A stretch of 64,000 nucleotides of DNA from Octopus sinensis (GCF_006345805.1 NC_043009.1:7006001-7070000), one strand, 5' to 3'; shown: positions 13,521 through 26,450, counted from the stretch's first letter. The notes: generated by a model from the letters alone, not told the origin. Made by a program: numbers and translations.

Positions 13521-13756
13521 TCAACATCACAATCAAGGAACGGCCATAATATGCCATTCACCCACTAGGAATAACAGCCAAAAGCTTTAACCGCAAAATA
13601 ACATCAATTCCGTAAACCAGGAGAAAATTAAAAAACATTTACCCTGTAATTTCTTATACGATGCACCGTTTCGTCTACTGTCTAATGGTAAACTAACCTG
13701 ATTAAATTAAATCAAGCCAATCTACCATAGGCCCTTAGATTCATCAGTAAGAAATA
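13521..13756 (-). repeat. Inverted partial copy of the HHR unit
   Basis: Reverse complement of 13853-14088 with about 3 mismatches in 236 bp. It begins at the 5' edge of HHR stem I and ends in (TA)n. Confidence 0.95.
13649..13755 (-). ncRNA. Type I hammerhead, antisense copy
   Basis: Same motif as 13854-13960 on the opposite strand. Confidence 0.75.
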
Positions 13757-13853
13757 AATTTGGCGCGAGTGCGATTATTTGAAAATTTTAGGTCAGATAT
13801 TGCCGAGGCAGGGACGGGAATGCCTCGTGAAAAATATCTGTTCCGACTTGGCT

Positions 13854-13960
13854 ATTTCTTACTGATGAATCTAAGGGCCTATGGTAGATTGGCTTGATTT
13901 AATTTAATCAGGTTAGTTTACCATTAAACAGTAGACGAAACGGTGCATCGTATAAGAAAT
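13854..13960 (+). ncRNA. Type I hammerhead ribozyme, unit 1
   Basis: ATTTCTTA-CTGATGA-[ATCTA...19-bp stem with 5 G.U...TAGAC]-GAAA-CGGTGCATCG-TA-TAAGAAAT: 8-bp stem I. Predicted GUA cleavage after 13952. The stem II closing pair is A.C rather than G-C. Confidence 0.8.
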
Positions 13961-14432
13961 TACAGGGTAAATGTTTTTTAATTTTCTCCTGGTTTACGGA
14001 ATTGATGTTATTTTGCGGTTAAAGATTTTGGCTGTTATTTCTAGTGGGTGAATGGCATATTATGGCCGTTCCTTGATTGTGATGTTGAACTTAAAAATGG
14101 TCTATGACTATTTAATTTTTTCCCACTAGGCCGCTGGTGGCAAAAAAATTATGGCCGTTCCTTGATTGTGATGTTGAACTTAAAAATGGTCTATGACTAT
14201 TTAATTTTTTCCCACTAGGCCGCTGGTGGCAAAAAAATTCTACAAAATTTTTTTTGCCACCCTATATTGATTAATTATGAATTTTCTGGTTAATTCCGTA
14301 ATGGAATCGGCGGCTTATATTTATTTGCTGCCGATAAATTTGGCGCGAGTGCGATGATTTGAAAATTTTAGGTCAGATATTGCCGAGGCAGGGACGGGAA
14401 TGCCTCGTGAAAAATATCTGTCCGACTGGCTA

Positions 14433-14537
14433 ATTTCTTACTGATGAATCTAAGGCCTATGGTAGATTGGCTTGATTTATTTAATCAGGTTAGTTTACCA
14501 TTAAACAGTAGACGAAACGGTGCATCGTATAAGAAAT
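14433..14537 (+). ncRNA. Type I hammerhead ribozyme, unit 2
   Basis: Same motif: CTGATGA 14441-14447, GAAA 14514-14517, predicted cleavage after 14529. Confidence 0.8.
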
Positions 14538-14920
14538 TACAGGGTAAATGTTTTTTAATTTTCTCCTGGTTTACGGAATTGATGTTATTTTGCGGTTTTA
14601 AAGCTTTTGGCTGTTATTTCTAGTGGGTGAATGGCATATTAGGCCGTTCCTTGATTGTGATGTTGAACTTAAAAATGGTCTATGACTATTTAATTTTTTC
14701 CACTAGGCGCTTTGGTGGCAAAAAAATTCTACAAAATTTTTTTTGCCACCATATATTGATTAATTATGAATTTTCTGGTTAATTCCGTAATGGAATCGGC
14801 GGCTTATATTTATTTGCTGCCGATAAATTTGGCGCGAGTGCGATGATTTGAAAATTTTATGTCAGATATTGCCGAGGCAGGGACGGGAATGACTCGTGAA
14901 AAATATCTGTCCGACTGGCT

Positions 14921-15027
14921 ATTTCTTACTGATGAATCTAAGGGCCTATGGTAGATTGGCTTGATTTAATTTAATCAGGTTAGTTTACCATTAAACAGTA
15001 GACGAAACGGTGCATCGTATAAGAAAT
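14921..15027 (+). ncRNA. Type I hammerhead ribozyme, unit 3
   Basis: Same motif: CTGATGA 14929-14935, GAAA 15004-15007, predicted cleavage after 15019. Confidence 0.8.
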
Positions 15028-15499
15028 TACAGGGTAAATGTTTTTTAATTTTCTCCTGGTTTACGGAATTGATGTTATTTTGCGGTTAAGCTTTTGGCTG
15101 TTATTTCTAGTGGGTGAATGGCATATTATGGCCGTTCCTTGATTGTGATGTTGAACTTAAAAAGGTCTATGACTATTTAATTTTTTCCCACTAGGCCGCT
15201 GGTGGCAAAAAATTCTACAAAATTTTTTTGCCACCCTATATTGATTAAATAGATATAAAATATATATATAATATACTTATATATTATATATATATAAAAT
15301 ATTATATATATTATTCTTATATATATATAGATATATATAATATATATATAATATTATATATATATATATATATATATACTAATAATATATTATATAGATA
15401 TATATATATATAATACATATATTATTATATATATATATATACATATATAGATATATATTATATATATATATATATATACGTTATATATATATGTATGTA

Positions 15500-15571
<72 letters not shown>

Positions 15572-15686
15572 TATATATATATATATATAATATATATATA
15601 TATATAATATATGTATGTACATATATATATATATATATATAATATATATATATATATGTAATATATAGTATATATATTAATATATA

Positions 15687-15733
<47 letters not shown>

Positions 15734-15753
15734 TACATATATATATATATATA

Positions 15754-15800
<47 letters not shown>

Positions 15801-15801
<1 letters not shown>

Positions 15802-16622
15802 GAGGGAGAGTCAAATATTTTATTTAAACATTTTATTTTTCAAAATATTTACACAAAAGCAGGGGATAAACAAGTAAGTAATTTTTCTCTCCCACCTTTT
15901 TGATGCACTTGGTCCAGTGGTTCACAAGCTTGCATATTGCCTCCAGGAAGAAGGTTTTTGGTTGGTTGTGCAACCATTCATGCACCGCTTACTTCACATC
16001 TTCATCTGTAGGAAATCGACGACCTTGTAAACAGTCTTTGAGCAGTCTAAAGATATGATAGTCGGAAGAGGCGAGATCTAGACTGTAGGCAGTCAGTTTC
16101 AACACCTCAAAGCCCAATTGGTTAATGGTTTCAAAGGGCGGCTGTGTGTGGACGTGCACTCTCATACAACATCAAAACTTCCTTCGGCAAAAGACTTCGG
16201 CGTTTGGTGCGAATTACTGGCTTCAGGTTGTTGGCCAACAAATCACTGTATCTTGCACTGTTTATCGTACACCCCTTAACCAGGCAGTCTTTCAGTATAA
16301 GCCCAAAAGAGTCCCAAAAGAGGATTAGCATCACCTTTCCCTTGGAAGACTAAGACTTGGACTCCTTCGATGCTGGGGAGCTAGGATGTTTCTACCCCAT
16401 ACTCTGTATTTTGTATTCTGCCTCATAATAATGCACCCACATTTCATCTCCTTTGGTGCGCATTGTTAGTGGAACGATCATGCTTACGCTGTAATGCGAG
16501 AAAGAACAATAGCGGGATCATGTTCAAACTTCGATCACGTGATTACAATAGTAAACAATAAACACATGCGCAAATGGCAGATATGCTATGGTGAATGTGC
16601 GGATAACTTTTGATTCACCCTC

Positions 16623-16623
<1 letters not shown>
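15801..16623 (-). mobile_element. Internally deleted mariner (DD34D) element
   Basis: TIRs CGAGGGAGAGTCAAA / TTTGATTCACCCTCG, TA on both sides. Decayed transposase DEMWVHYYE...GKVMLILFWDSFG...TINSARY...ESARPHTA...YSLDLASSDY...RRFPTDEDVK. The N-terminus (PLTMRTK) is joined directly to the catalytic domain. Confidence 0.92.
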
Positions 16624-16667
<44 letters not shown>

Positions 16668-16671
<4 letters not shown>

Positions 16672-16857
16672 GGCATGCTGAAAATTTCCTGGCTTTGGGT
16701 AAAGGATCAGTTAATTTTTATTAATCTCTTCTCAGATTCACACACTTATTGCAGCAGTCCTTCAGTTTTCTAAGCCCTGTAAAAGAAATCTTGAGGTCGC
16801 GCTTCCAACCACACTTTTCGCGTTAACGATACAACAAGGAACTTTTCAGTCTCCATC

Positions 16858-16858
<1 letters not shown>
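16668..16858. mobile_element. Mariner-type MITE (~190 bp)
   Basis: Imperfect TIRs TGAGGGCATGCTGAAAATTTCCTGG / CAAGGAACTTTTCAGTCTCCATCG, TA-flanked. Confidence 0.7.
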
Positions 16859-16907
<49 letters not shown>

Positions 16908-16916
16908 CGAGAGAGC

Positions 16917-16948
<32 letters not shown>

Positions 16949-18397
16949 GCGAGAGAGAGAGCGAGAGAGAGAGAGAGATCTTTACCTCTCTCTCTCTCAT
17001 ATTGTTAATATCTTTTGAATGTCGTTTCATTAACTTATGTTACATAAAGTTAAATTCAGAACAAGCCTTTAATTTTGTTATCATGGTACAAAACGAATAA
17101 TATCAATTATCATTATTAAAAAGTCGGCTTTGTATGAAGAAGTTACATTCCATTTTCTGTCACATGTATGCATTTATTATTTAAAACAAACGGCAGGAGA
17201 TTTTTTTAAACGGTGATCACTCTCATCTAAATAAAACTAGCGCTGTGGATTAGAACAAACGCCTCACCCTCGGAACAATGCGTTCCGTTATTTGTTCCGG
17301 CCTTTTACTTTTTCATTCAAATTACATTGACCTCATCTCTACCATTCATTATCCCAGCATTGATAAAATTCGGTGCCAGTCTAGTGGCCGTCTGCCTCGC
17401 ACCTACAAATTGCAGAACTTTTCTCTGTTATACAAATTATTATTCTCGGCAATTCGCTTATATTTAAGGCACTAAAATTTTAAATAATGTAGAAACAGTC
17501 AACATACTTGTAAAGATACATTTGTAATAAATTGTTGTACGTATAGTAAAATTATATACATCCTTACGAAAATTTATATAGTAAAGACTTGTATTGAAAT
17601 TTATTAATACGGAGGCCAAAAGCTTGCTCTCTGTTTAAGAATCGACATTGAAAACAGGCTAGAAATCCATTCATTATGAATAACTTACGTTACTCTCAAG
17701 GACCACATGTACGAGTTACGAATAGTTCACCTACAAGACTCATGCATAAAAACATGTTTGACAATATCAACAAGGGAATGCCGAAAAAGCACAGATTCTT
17801 TTGGTGATGGGGGGCAATCTTTTGACAGTTGGTTCAGCAGTATCAATTATAAGCAATTATTAACAATTATTTCAAACTCGTGAAACGAAAATATTAGAGC
17901 TCCTCTTTTCTTCTGCACATGACTGCCTGTATGCATACGTATGTATGGGTGAAACAATGCTATTAAGGACAAATATAAATGTTTCTAAACCAGTATTATA
18001 GTAAATATTCCGTCGCTGATGAATTTTTCGGATTACAGATTTTGAATAAAATCACGACTATTTTGTGCATTTGTTATGCATGCATATATATATATATATA
18101 TATATAACGTCCTCGCGTTGTTGTGTTTTCCCTTTGTGTTTTCATGTTTGGATTAACTTTATATATTTGTATATATGTATATTTATGTATATACATTTTA
18201 TATTTTTATTTCGAACTTGCTTAAATCTTTGGACTGCAACTATATTTGGGTACCTCTTTGAAATGTTTAGTTGAAGAGGTTCATTTCCAGGCCCTATTTT
18301 TCGGTATTTATTCTCCTACGACCTTATCGCCGAACTGGAAGGTAAAGAAACCACTGGGTTTAAAACAATGTCAGGATACAGACAACTTCCACTCCGC

Positions 18398-18486
<89 letters not shown>

Positions 18487-18972
18487 ATGCATACATGCAT
18501 TCAGAAGGCATTGGTCAGCCTGGGGTACACATTTGCCAATCCAAGATGCCTCGCAGTGGAACAGGAGTGCATGCTAGCTTGTTACTACGCAATCACTCTG
18601 TTGATTATTGATATATGTATGTTAATGTGCGTGTATATATATATATATATATACATATGTAAACATATATATATATGTAAATATATATATATGTATATAT
18701 AGTTACATATATATAGATATACACACACACGTATATGTATATATATATATATGTGTGTGTGTGTTGTAAATATGCACTCTTTTAATGGTTTCAGTCGCCG
18801 ACCATGCCGGAGCACCACCTTCATTTTTTTATTGTTTTTATTTTGGTTTTGTTGTTGCTTTATAATTGAAAGTTGGTCCACGGTCGAGCGTGTACATACA
18901 CACATACACACTCACATTCATACACACATGCATGAACACGCACATGCATACATATATACATACATAATAGTC

Positions 18973-19378
18973 GTAGTAGTGGCTGTGTGGTAAGTAGCTT
19001 GTTTACCAACCACATGGTCCCGGTTTCAGTCCCACTGCGTGGCACCTTGGGCAAGTGTCTTCTACTATAGCCTCGGGCCGGCCAAAGCCTTGTGAGTGGA
19101 TTTGGTAGACGGAAACTGAAAGAAGCCCGTCGTATATATGTATATATATATGTGTGTGTGTGTATATGTTTGTTTGTCTGTGTTTGTCCCCCCAAAATCA
19201 CTTTACAACCGATGCTGGTCTGTTTACGTCACCGTAACTTAGCGGTTCGGCAAGAGACCGATAGAATAAGTACTAGGCTTACAAAGAATAAGTCCTGGGG
19301 TCGATTTGCTCGACTAAAGGCGGTGCTCCAGCATGGCCACAGTCACATGACTAAAACTAGTAAAAGAGTAAAAGAGTA
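18973..19378 (+). mobile_element. SINE family A, full length
   Basis: A box TGGCTGTGTGG, B-like GGTTTCAGTCCC, internal (TA)/(TG)n, AAAAGAGT tail. Confidence 0.92.
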
Positions 19379-19475
19379 TAATACATATACATACATACAT
19401 ACATACATACATACATACATACATACATACATACATACATACATACATACATACATACATACATACATACATACA

Positions 19476-19507
<32 letters not shown>

Positions 19508-20251
19508 ATAATATTTACTACGCTGAATCAATTCATCCGGACTTCATTTTTTTCTCTATGAAGTATTCAAATACAATTGTAGATACTTATAGTCTACACA
19601 TATGTGTGTGTATCATTGAGCATGCGTGTGCTTTTTCTTTCTTTTTTGTTTTATTTTTCTATTTTTGCGTATGGATTACATTTCACTCATGTGTACTATA
19701 GATGCGTATTGCACATTGTGTTTGTTAAACGCTGCTATCGTGCTAAATAATAGTCCACATCATCTGCTATATTATAGAAATGTCCGCACACTAATACAAG
19801 ACGAGCACCATTCAAATTCTTTGATGGTAACTTGAAAAAGAAGACGCACAAAAGCTAATAGGGTACATATTTTCTTGACAGAGATGCGGTGAAATATACC
19901 GCGGCTGCTGAGGGCTACAGATGTATTGATGTATATGCTAATGTTTGTATGTGTATATATATAAAGATAGAGCGGAGAGAGAATGTGTGAAAAATTCAAA
20001 TAGATAGGTTCGGAGATAAATAGACAGATATATATATGTATACATGAAGAATGAATACACAGAAATATACTAGTTTTCATCTAATATACGTGTATATAGA
20101 TATATGTGTGTCTGTATGAGTGCATGTATACATATATGTGTGTGTATGTATATGTGATATATTATATATATTATATATATATATTATATAATAATAATAT
20201 ATAATAATAACATATATACATGCATACATGCATACGTATATATGTATATAA

Positions 20252-20317
<66 letters not shown>

Positions 20318-20350
20318 CATATATACTTGCATACCATACATACATACTTG

Positions 20351-20390
<40 letters not shown>

Positions 20391-20911
20391 TGCATATACA
20401 TATATACGTAGTATGCATGTATATATGTATATATTATAAATATGTATGTATAATATATATATATATAATATATATATCATATACAAACAAATACATACAT
20501 TTCTACATACATACCTGCATACATAACTACGTACACACATTCATTACGAACATAATGAATATATATATATATACACATACAAAATTATGCGTGCATGTGT
20601 ATGGGTATTTATATGATATCGTGGGTGATGTTTACGTATGTGCATAAATGAAAGTGCATAACCCCCCCCCTCTCTCTCTCATTCTCCTCTTCTTTTTCTC
20701 CTCCTCTTTCCTGTTCACTCCTTCTGCATGTAGATCCGTCTGTGTGTATATGTGTGTGCGTGTACATAGCTGTGTGTATATGTGCGCTTATAAGTGCGTG
20801 CATTTCTGTATAATGCATATGGGCGTATGTGGTATATGTATGCGGCAATATTTGCGCATGTGTGTGTGTGTGCGAACGCGCCTGCATGCGTGTGCGCGTG
20901 TATGTGAGTGT

Positions 20912-20952
<41 letters not shown>

Positions 20953-21364
20953 CGTGAGTGTGTTTGTGTGTGTGTGTGATTGTGTGTAAGCGTGTTCTCT
21001 TGAAAGGAAACCGCTGCACGCAAGATAAACAAACAAACAAATAATGTAAACAACATAATAAATACATAAATGAAAAATAAAGAGTAATAAAGAAAGAAAG
21101 AAAGAAAGGAAAAACCAACAAACAAGATGAGTGTGTTGTGGTCGGTGATGGTGGCGGCGGTGAGGCTGGTGGGGCCGGTGGGGCCGGTGGGGGAGGGGAA
21201 TAACTTAAAAGCGCGCTTGACATAGTAAACACAAACTAAGTTAATAAGATCAAATACACATGTTTAAAGGATTTTTGGGGTTCGAAATTAAGTATTAGAG
21301 GTTTCATGATTCTTAATGGAACGTTTATGAGAGAATGGGGGAGCGGGTGTGGTGGAGCAGAGGG

Positions 21365-21415
<51 letters not shown>

Positions 21416-21429
21416 AGAGAGAGAGAGAG

Positions 21430-21472
<43 letters not shown>

Positions 21473-22506
21473 CGGGAAATGGCAAGGCTGTATATAATGA
21501 AAATTTATTTCCGAATGTTGACTATAAACTTGGAGAGTGGAAGCTATGATGAAGGAAAAATATACAGAAATGGAAGATGAAGTGAAAGAGTAAGAGACAA
21601 GAATGATAGAAAGTGACCGAGAGAGAGAAAGAAACGGACAGACAGACAAGTAGACAGAAAGAGAGAGAGAGAGAGAGGAGGAAATATTGAAGGTGGAATG
21701 GTTGTGAAAGTCACTGCGGGTTATGATTGGTCGGAGTATGTGCATATGAGCAAACGTGTAGCATCAATGACCGGTTGAATTTACATGAAGCTTATCAACT
21801 TTCTACATCTAGTAATGCCCTCGGCGGCTTCGGCTTTGGAGTAAAATTAGAAATCCGTTATTTTTTACTTCGTCCATTCGTTTCTGCTTCCATTTTACTT
21901 TTTTTTCCCCCACTTTTCATAGTTTTGTTTCCTTTTTATTTGCTATTTCGTATGATATTCATTTTTTCATATTTTTATTTACTTTTTAAGCATTACATTA
22001 TACTGTTTGTTATAAAAGTTATATTTCCTTTTTTTTTTTCTTCTACTTCGCAAATTGCCTGTACATCATCGCTTCATTTTAGCATTATTACTATATTTTT
22101 CATTTCGCTTCTGTTTCAAATTTTCTTTGATTTCCACCCCACCCTACCCCGATTTCTCATTGCATTCCATTTCATATTTTACTTCTGCCATCACCGGTTG
22201 TTTTAGTATTAATTCTTACTCCCATAAAATCCCACTAACAACTTAAACCTCTACTTAAAACTCTTCCTCTACCATTCTCTTTAACAGAAATATCAACACT
22301 AACGTCTCTAAACCTGCCTCACTAAATAATCAATTACTAACAAGTATTTACCTAACAACTCTGCTACTCGTTTCCTTCGCCCTAAAACTATAGTATTAAA
22401 TTCTAACACTCAGTAATATACTACTAATAAATTTTACATTACTGAATTAGTAGCATTAACATATATTTTCTAAAGTACTTCAAGCTACAATATACAACTT
22501 AAAATA

Positions 22507-23265
22507 AAGCGGCGAGCTGGTAGAAACGTTAGCACGCCGGGCGAAAATGCGTAACCGTATTTCGTCTGCCGCTACGTTCTGAGTTCAAATTCCGCCGAGG
22601 TCGACATTGCCTTTCATCCTTTCGGGGTCGATAAATTAAATACCAGTTACGCACTGGGGTCGATGTAATCGACTTAATCCGTTCGCCTGTCCTTGTTTGT
22701 CCCCTCTGTGTTTAGCCCCTTGTGGGTAGTAAAGAAATAGGTATTTCGTCTGCCGTTATGTTGTAACTTCAAATTCCGCCGAGGTCGACTTTGCCTTTCA
22801 TCCTTTCGGAGTCGATAAATTAAATACCTGCTACGCACTGGGGTCGACATAATCGACTTAATCCTTGTTTGTCCCCATCTCTGTTTAGCCCCTGTGGGTA
22901 ATAAAAAAAATGGATATTTCGTCTGTCTTTATGTTCTGAGTTCAAATTCCGCCGAGGTTGACATCGCCTTTCATCCTTTCGGAGTCGATTAAATAAGTAC
23001 CAGTTACGCATTGGGGTCGACATGATCGACTAATCCGTACGTCTGTCCTTGCTTGTCCCCTCTTTGTTTAGCCCCTTGTGGGTAATAAAAAAAATAGATA
23101 TTTCGTCTGTCTTTAAGTTCTGAGTTCAAATTCCGCTGAGGTCAACTTTGCCTTTCATTCTATCGTGGTCGATAAATTAAGTACCAGTTACGTACCGAGG
23201 ACCTTCTAATCGACTAGCCCCCACTTTCAAAATTGTGGACCTTGTGCCAAGAGTAGAAAAGAATA
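22507..23265 (+). mobile_element. SINE family B with 4 internal units
   Basis: B box + core repeated at about 22580, 22765, 22940 and 23120, followed by the terminal GAGTAGAAAAGAAT. Confidence 0.92.
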
Positions 23266-24479
23266 TATAACTTTAAATAATTAAAATGGAATGAAAAAGT
23301 AGCTCAGTCGTTCGGATCCTGGATTATGCAATTGATGGTTATAATTAGTAGCACGCCGGACAAAATGCTTATCAGTATTTCGTCCGACTTTACATTCTGA
23401 GTTCAAATTCCACCGAGGTTTACTTTGCCTTTCATCAATTCAGGGTCGATAAAATAAGTATCAGTCGAGATATTGTCGACAAGACCCCTATCTCCGAAAT
23501 TACTGGCCACAATTTGAAGCTAATAATTATTCTTTTCTACTTTCCGAAAATTTGAGGGAGGGGGCCAGTCGATTAGATCGAACACAGGACGCAACCGGTG
23601 CTTACTTTATCGACCCTGGGTCAATATTGAGAAAAAATGGTTGAAATCAAATTCCACCGAGGTTGACTTTACCTTTCATCCTTTCGGTATCGATAAAATA
23701 AGTACCAGGTCAGCACTGGGGTCAATGTAATAATCGACTTAACCATCGCACCCAAATTTCAAGCCTTTCGTCTATAGTAGAAAGGATTATTATTATTATC
23801 GCTGGGAATTTCTTTCTGATTTTGCTTTCCTTTTATAGTTTTGGTCCTCTGAAACTATTGCTTACCGGATGTATTTAAGGGTCTTCTAAAGGAGTTTCAC
23901 CCAGTTTCAATCACGAAATAGGCCTTCCGCCTGTTCCGGAAACTTTCAATATATCCCTTTTTACAACATGGCCAATACTTGTCTAAATAGAAACGTGGTT
24001 CTAGGAGAAAATGTGTCTGCTTCCTCGCGCTCAATCGACCCGAGGTATAGTAGTCCACTAAACATAGAGTTCGCCACTCCCTTTGACTTTTGCAAAAAAC
24101 CTATGGTAAAATAACAGCACCAACAACAATAGCAGCAACAACATCGCTAGCAGCCAAAACAAGGTCTCTAACAATAGCATGACCTGTGACAACTACAACT
24201 CCAAGAACAATAACGAAATCAGAAAGAACACCAACAGCGAAAATAGTTGTTATGAAACCAGCATAACAACAACAACGATATTGCTATAAGCATGAGCAGA
24301 TGTATCGACGTCAATAAAAGCGCTGACTGCTACAATAGTATCAACAGTAATGCTATTTACGAAGACAGTAACGAGAAAACACATCGGAAGGAAAAATATT
24401 ACTTCGCAAATATAATAAATTCATGGACGGGAAATAATAAGCTTTAAATCACGCCCCCAACAAGACAGAACAGAAGTAT

Positions 24480-24611
24480 CAATGGAGTTCCAGGTTTTCG
24501 GAGACAAAGTGCGAGCAGATGCGGATGGTCATGGAGGGTAGGAGACCCAAATGTTACATCTGTGACAAAACCGGTCACTTAAAAGCATTCTGCGCTACTG
24601 TGGAGAAGTAG
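24480..24611 (+). mobile_element. LINE ORF1-type CCHC zinc-knuckle fragment
   Basis: QMRMVMEGRRPKCYICDKTGHLKAFC* (Cx2Cx4Hx4C preceded by VxxEGRRP), typical of L1/Tx1-like ORF1 proteins. Confidence 0.7.
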
Positions 24612-24650
24612 AGTTCGATTCCAGCAGTGACCTGAATAATAATAATAATG

Positions 24651-24684
<34 letters not shown>

Positions 24685-24904
24685 TAATAATAATAATAAT
24701 GATAATAACGATAATAATTATAATAATAATAACAATAATGATATAACGATAATAAATAATAATAATAATAATAATAATATGATGATGATGATGATGGTAT
24801 AATAATAATGATAATAATGAATAATAATGATAATAATAATAATAATAATAATAATAATATAATATATAATAATAATAATGATATATAATAATGATATAAC
24901 GATA

Positions 24905-24939
<35 letters not shown>

Positions 24940-24943
24940 AACG

Positions 24944-24978
<35 letters not shown>

Positions 24979-25228
24979 TAATAAATAATATACAACAATA
25001 ATGATAATAACGATAATAATAATAATAATGATAATAATAATAATAATAATAATAATAACATCGAAATGAGAACTCAGGTTTGAAATTTCCCCAAGACACC
25101 TGATGAAGGCTGGAGGGTATATCAGCCGAAACGTTGTGTTAACAACAAACAAGATGAGGACAAATATCCGTCAAATGTAAATAATGTAAATAATGTACAT
25201 AATTCCTCATCTCTTAAATATAGAACTG
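24611..25228 (+). mobile_element. HHR-carrying SINE-like element (B box + expanded (AAT)n + hammerhead + tail)
   Basis: GAGTTCGATTCCAGCAGTGACCTG, about 420 bp of (AAT)n, ACATCGAAA..GAGAAC.CAGGTT.GAAATTTCCCCAAGACAC, then the HHR, ending TCCTCATCTCTTAAATATAGAACTG. Homologous copies lie at 44948-45128 (-) and 45159-45315 (+). Confidence 0.85.
25095..25140 (+). ncRNA. Minimal type I hammerhead ribozyme (PLE-type)
   Basis: GACAC-CTGATGA-A-GGCTG gagggtatat CAGCC-GAAA-CG-TT-GTGTT, with palindromic AACGTT in place of stem III. Predicted cleavage after 25135 (GUU). Confidence 0.85.
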
Positions 25229-25425
25229 TAGTACTACACGTGTTTTCAATATTCCCAATGATAAATCCGTTGCAATCCCAAAGAGGAAAGCAACAGCAGC
25301 CACAATGAATCCTCCTTCTTTCTTTTCTTTCCTGGACGTCCAATAACACTACACTTGTTTCCACGTCCTCGCGTTGTTGTGTTTCCTCTTTGTGTTTTCA
25401 TGTTTGCATTAACTTTATATTATAT

Positions 25426-25519
<94 letters not shown>

Positions 25520-25560
25520 AGTACCTTATTTACTGTTGTTAACCCCAAATCAACCGGGAC

Positions 25561-25591
<31 letters not shown>

Positions 25592-25929
25592 CTTACACAT
25601 AATCTTTTTTCTCAGGAACTATTAGACCTGACACCCGTATACTAACCGGTGTTGTTCAAACGATGAATACCTTCGCGTAAAGCAATTGGTTCGTTTTTGT
25701 TCTCTTACTTTATTATAATTCTCATCTTATAATCATCTCATAATAATGACCTTTATGACTCGTATTACTACCCTCAGTCAATCTAAATTTATATATTTGT
25801 CACTACCCGTCATAAATAGCCTTTTCTATCTATCCTGCAATTGCATTTCCGTTGATTTTTCATATTTTACCCCTATATATATATATAATATATATATATA
25901 TATATTATATATATAAATATATATATATA

Positions 25930-26450
25930 CAGGGTGGTCCAAAAGTAGGTATACGCTTATCAAATTAACTTATGTTGTAGGACCAATTTTCTTTGGTGGA
26001 TCAGTGAATTGTATCAATCACTTAAACATGCTTCCCGACCTAATCGCGGCCCAATTTGAAACCACATCTAATTATCCGAACTGCTCTTCCGACAAGTTGG
26101 GGTACCTCCTCATCATGCTTCGGTAGTAAGGGACTACCCTGACAATACCTTTCCAGAGCGTTGGCTTGTCACCATCGAACAGCCACCACGCTCAGCTTAC
26201 TTAGCACCAACTAACTTCTTTCGGGAATGAATAGTAAAAAAAAAATAAGGTTTAGGGGAAAAGGAACCTGCACAGGGGACTAATTAGAAGAGTTCGTCTT
26301 GGAAGCGTTTATTGAATTTGATGCAGGTCGGAATTTGCGTCGCATTTACGAGATTAAACTGTGTTTAATAAATGTAATTGTAATATATAAGTGTAAATGT
26401 AATAAAATGTATAGAATTTTAAAGTGTATAACTACTTTTGGTCCACCTTG
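25930..26450. mobile_element. Tc1/IS630-type non-autonomous element
   Basis: TIRs CAGGGTGGTCCAAAAGTAGGTATAC / GTATAACTACTTTTGGTCCACCTTG, TA on the left. Internal fragment VVGPIFFGGSVN...HLNML resembles the Tc1-like motif IGPFFF..TVN..YL.ML. Confidence 0.8.

Larger units (their letters stand above)
13756..15248 (+). repeat. Tandem array of a ~490-bp HHR-bearing unit (retrozyme/pseudo-LTR-like)
   Basis: AAATTTGGCGCGAGTGCGA recurs at 13756, 14336 and 14825. Unit 1 carries an extra 89-bp internal duplication (14062/14151). Copies differ mostly by 1-nt indels. Confidence 0.95.
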
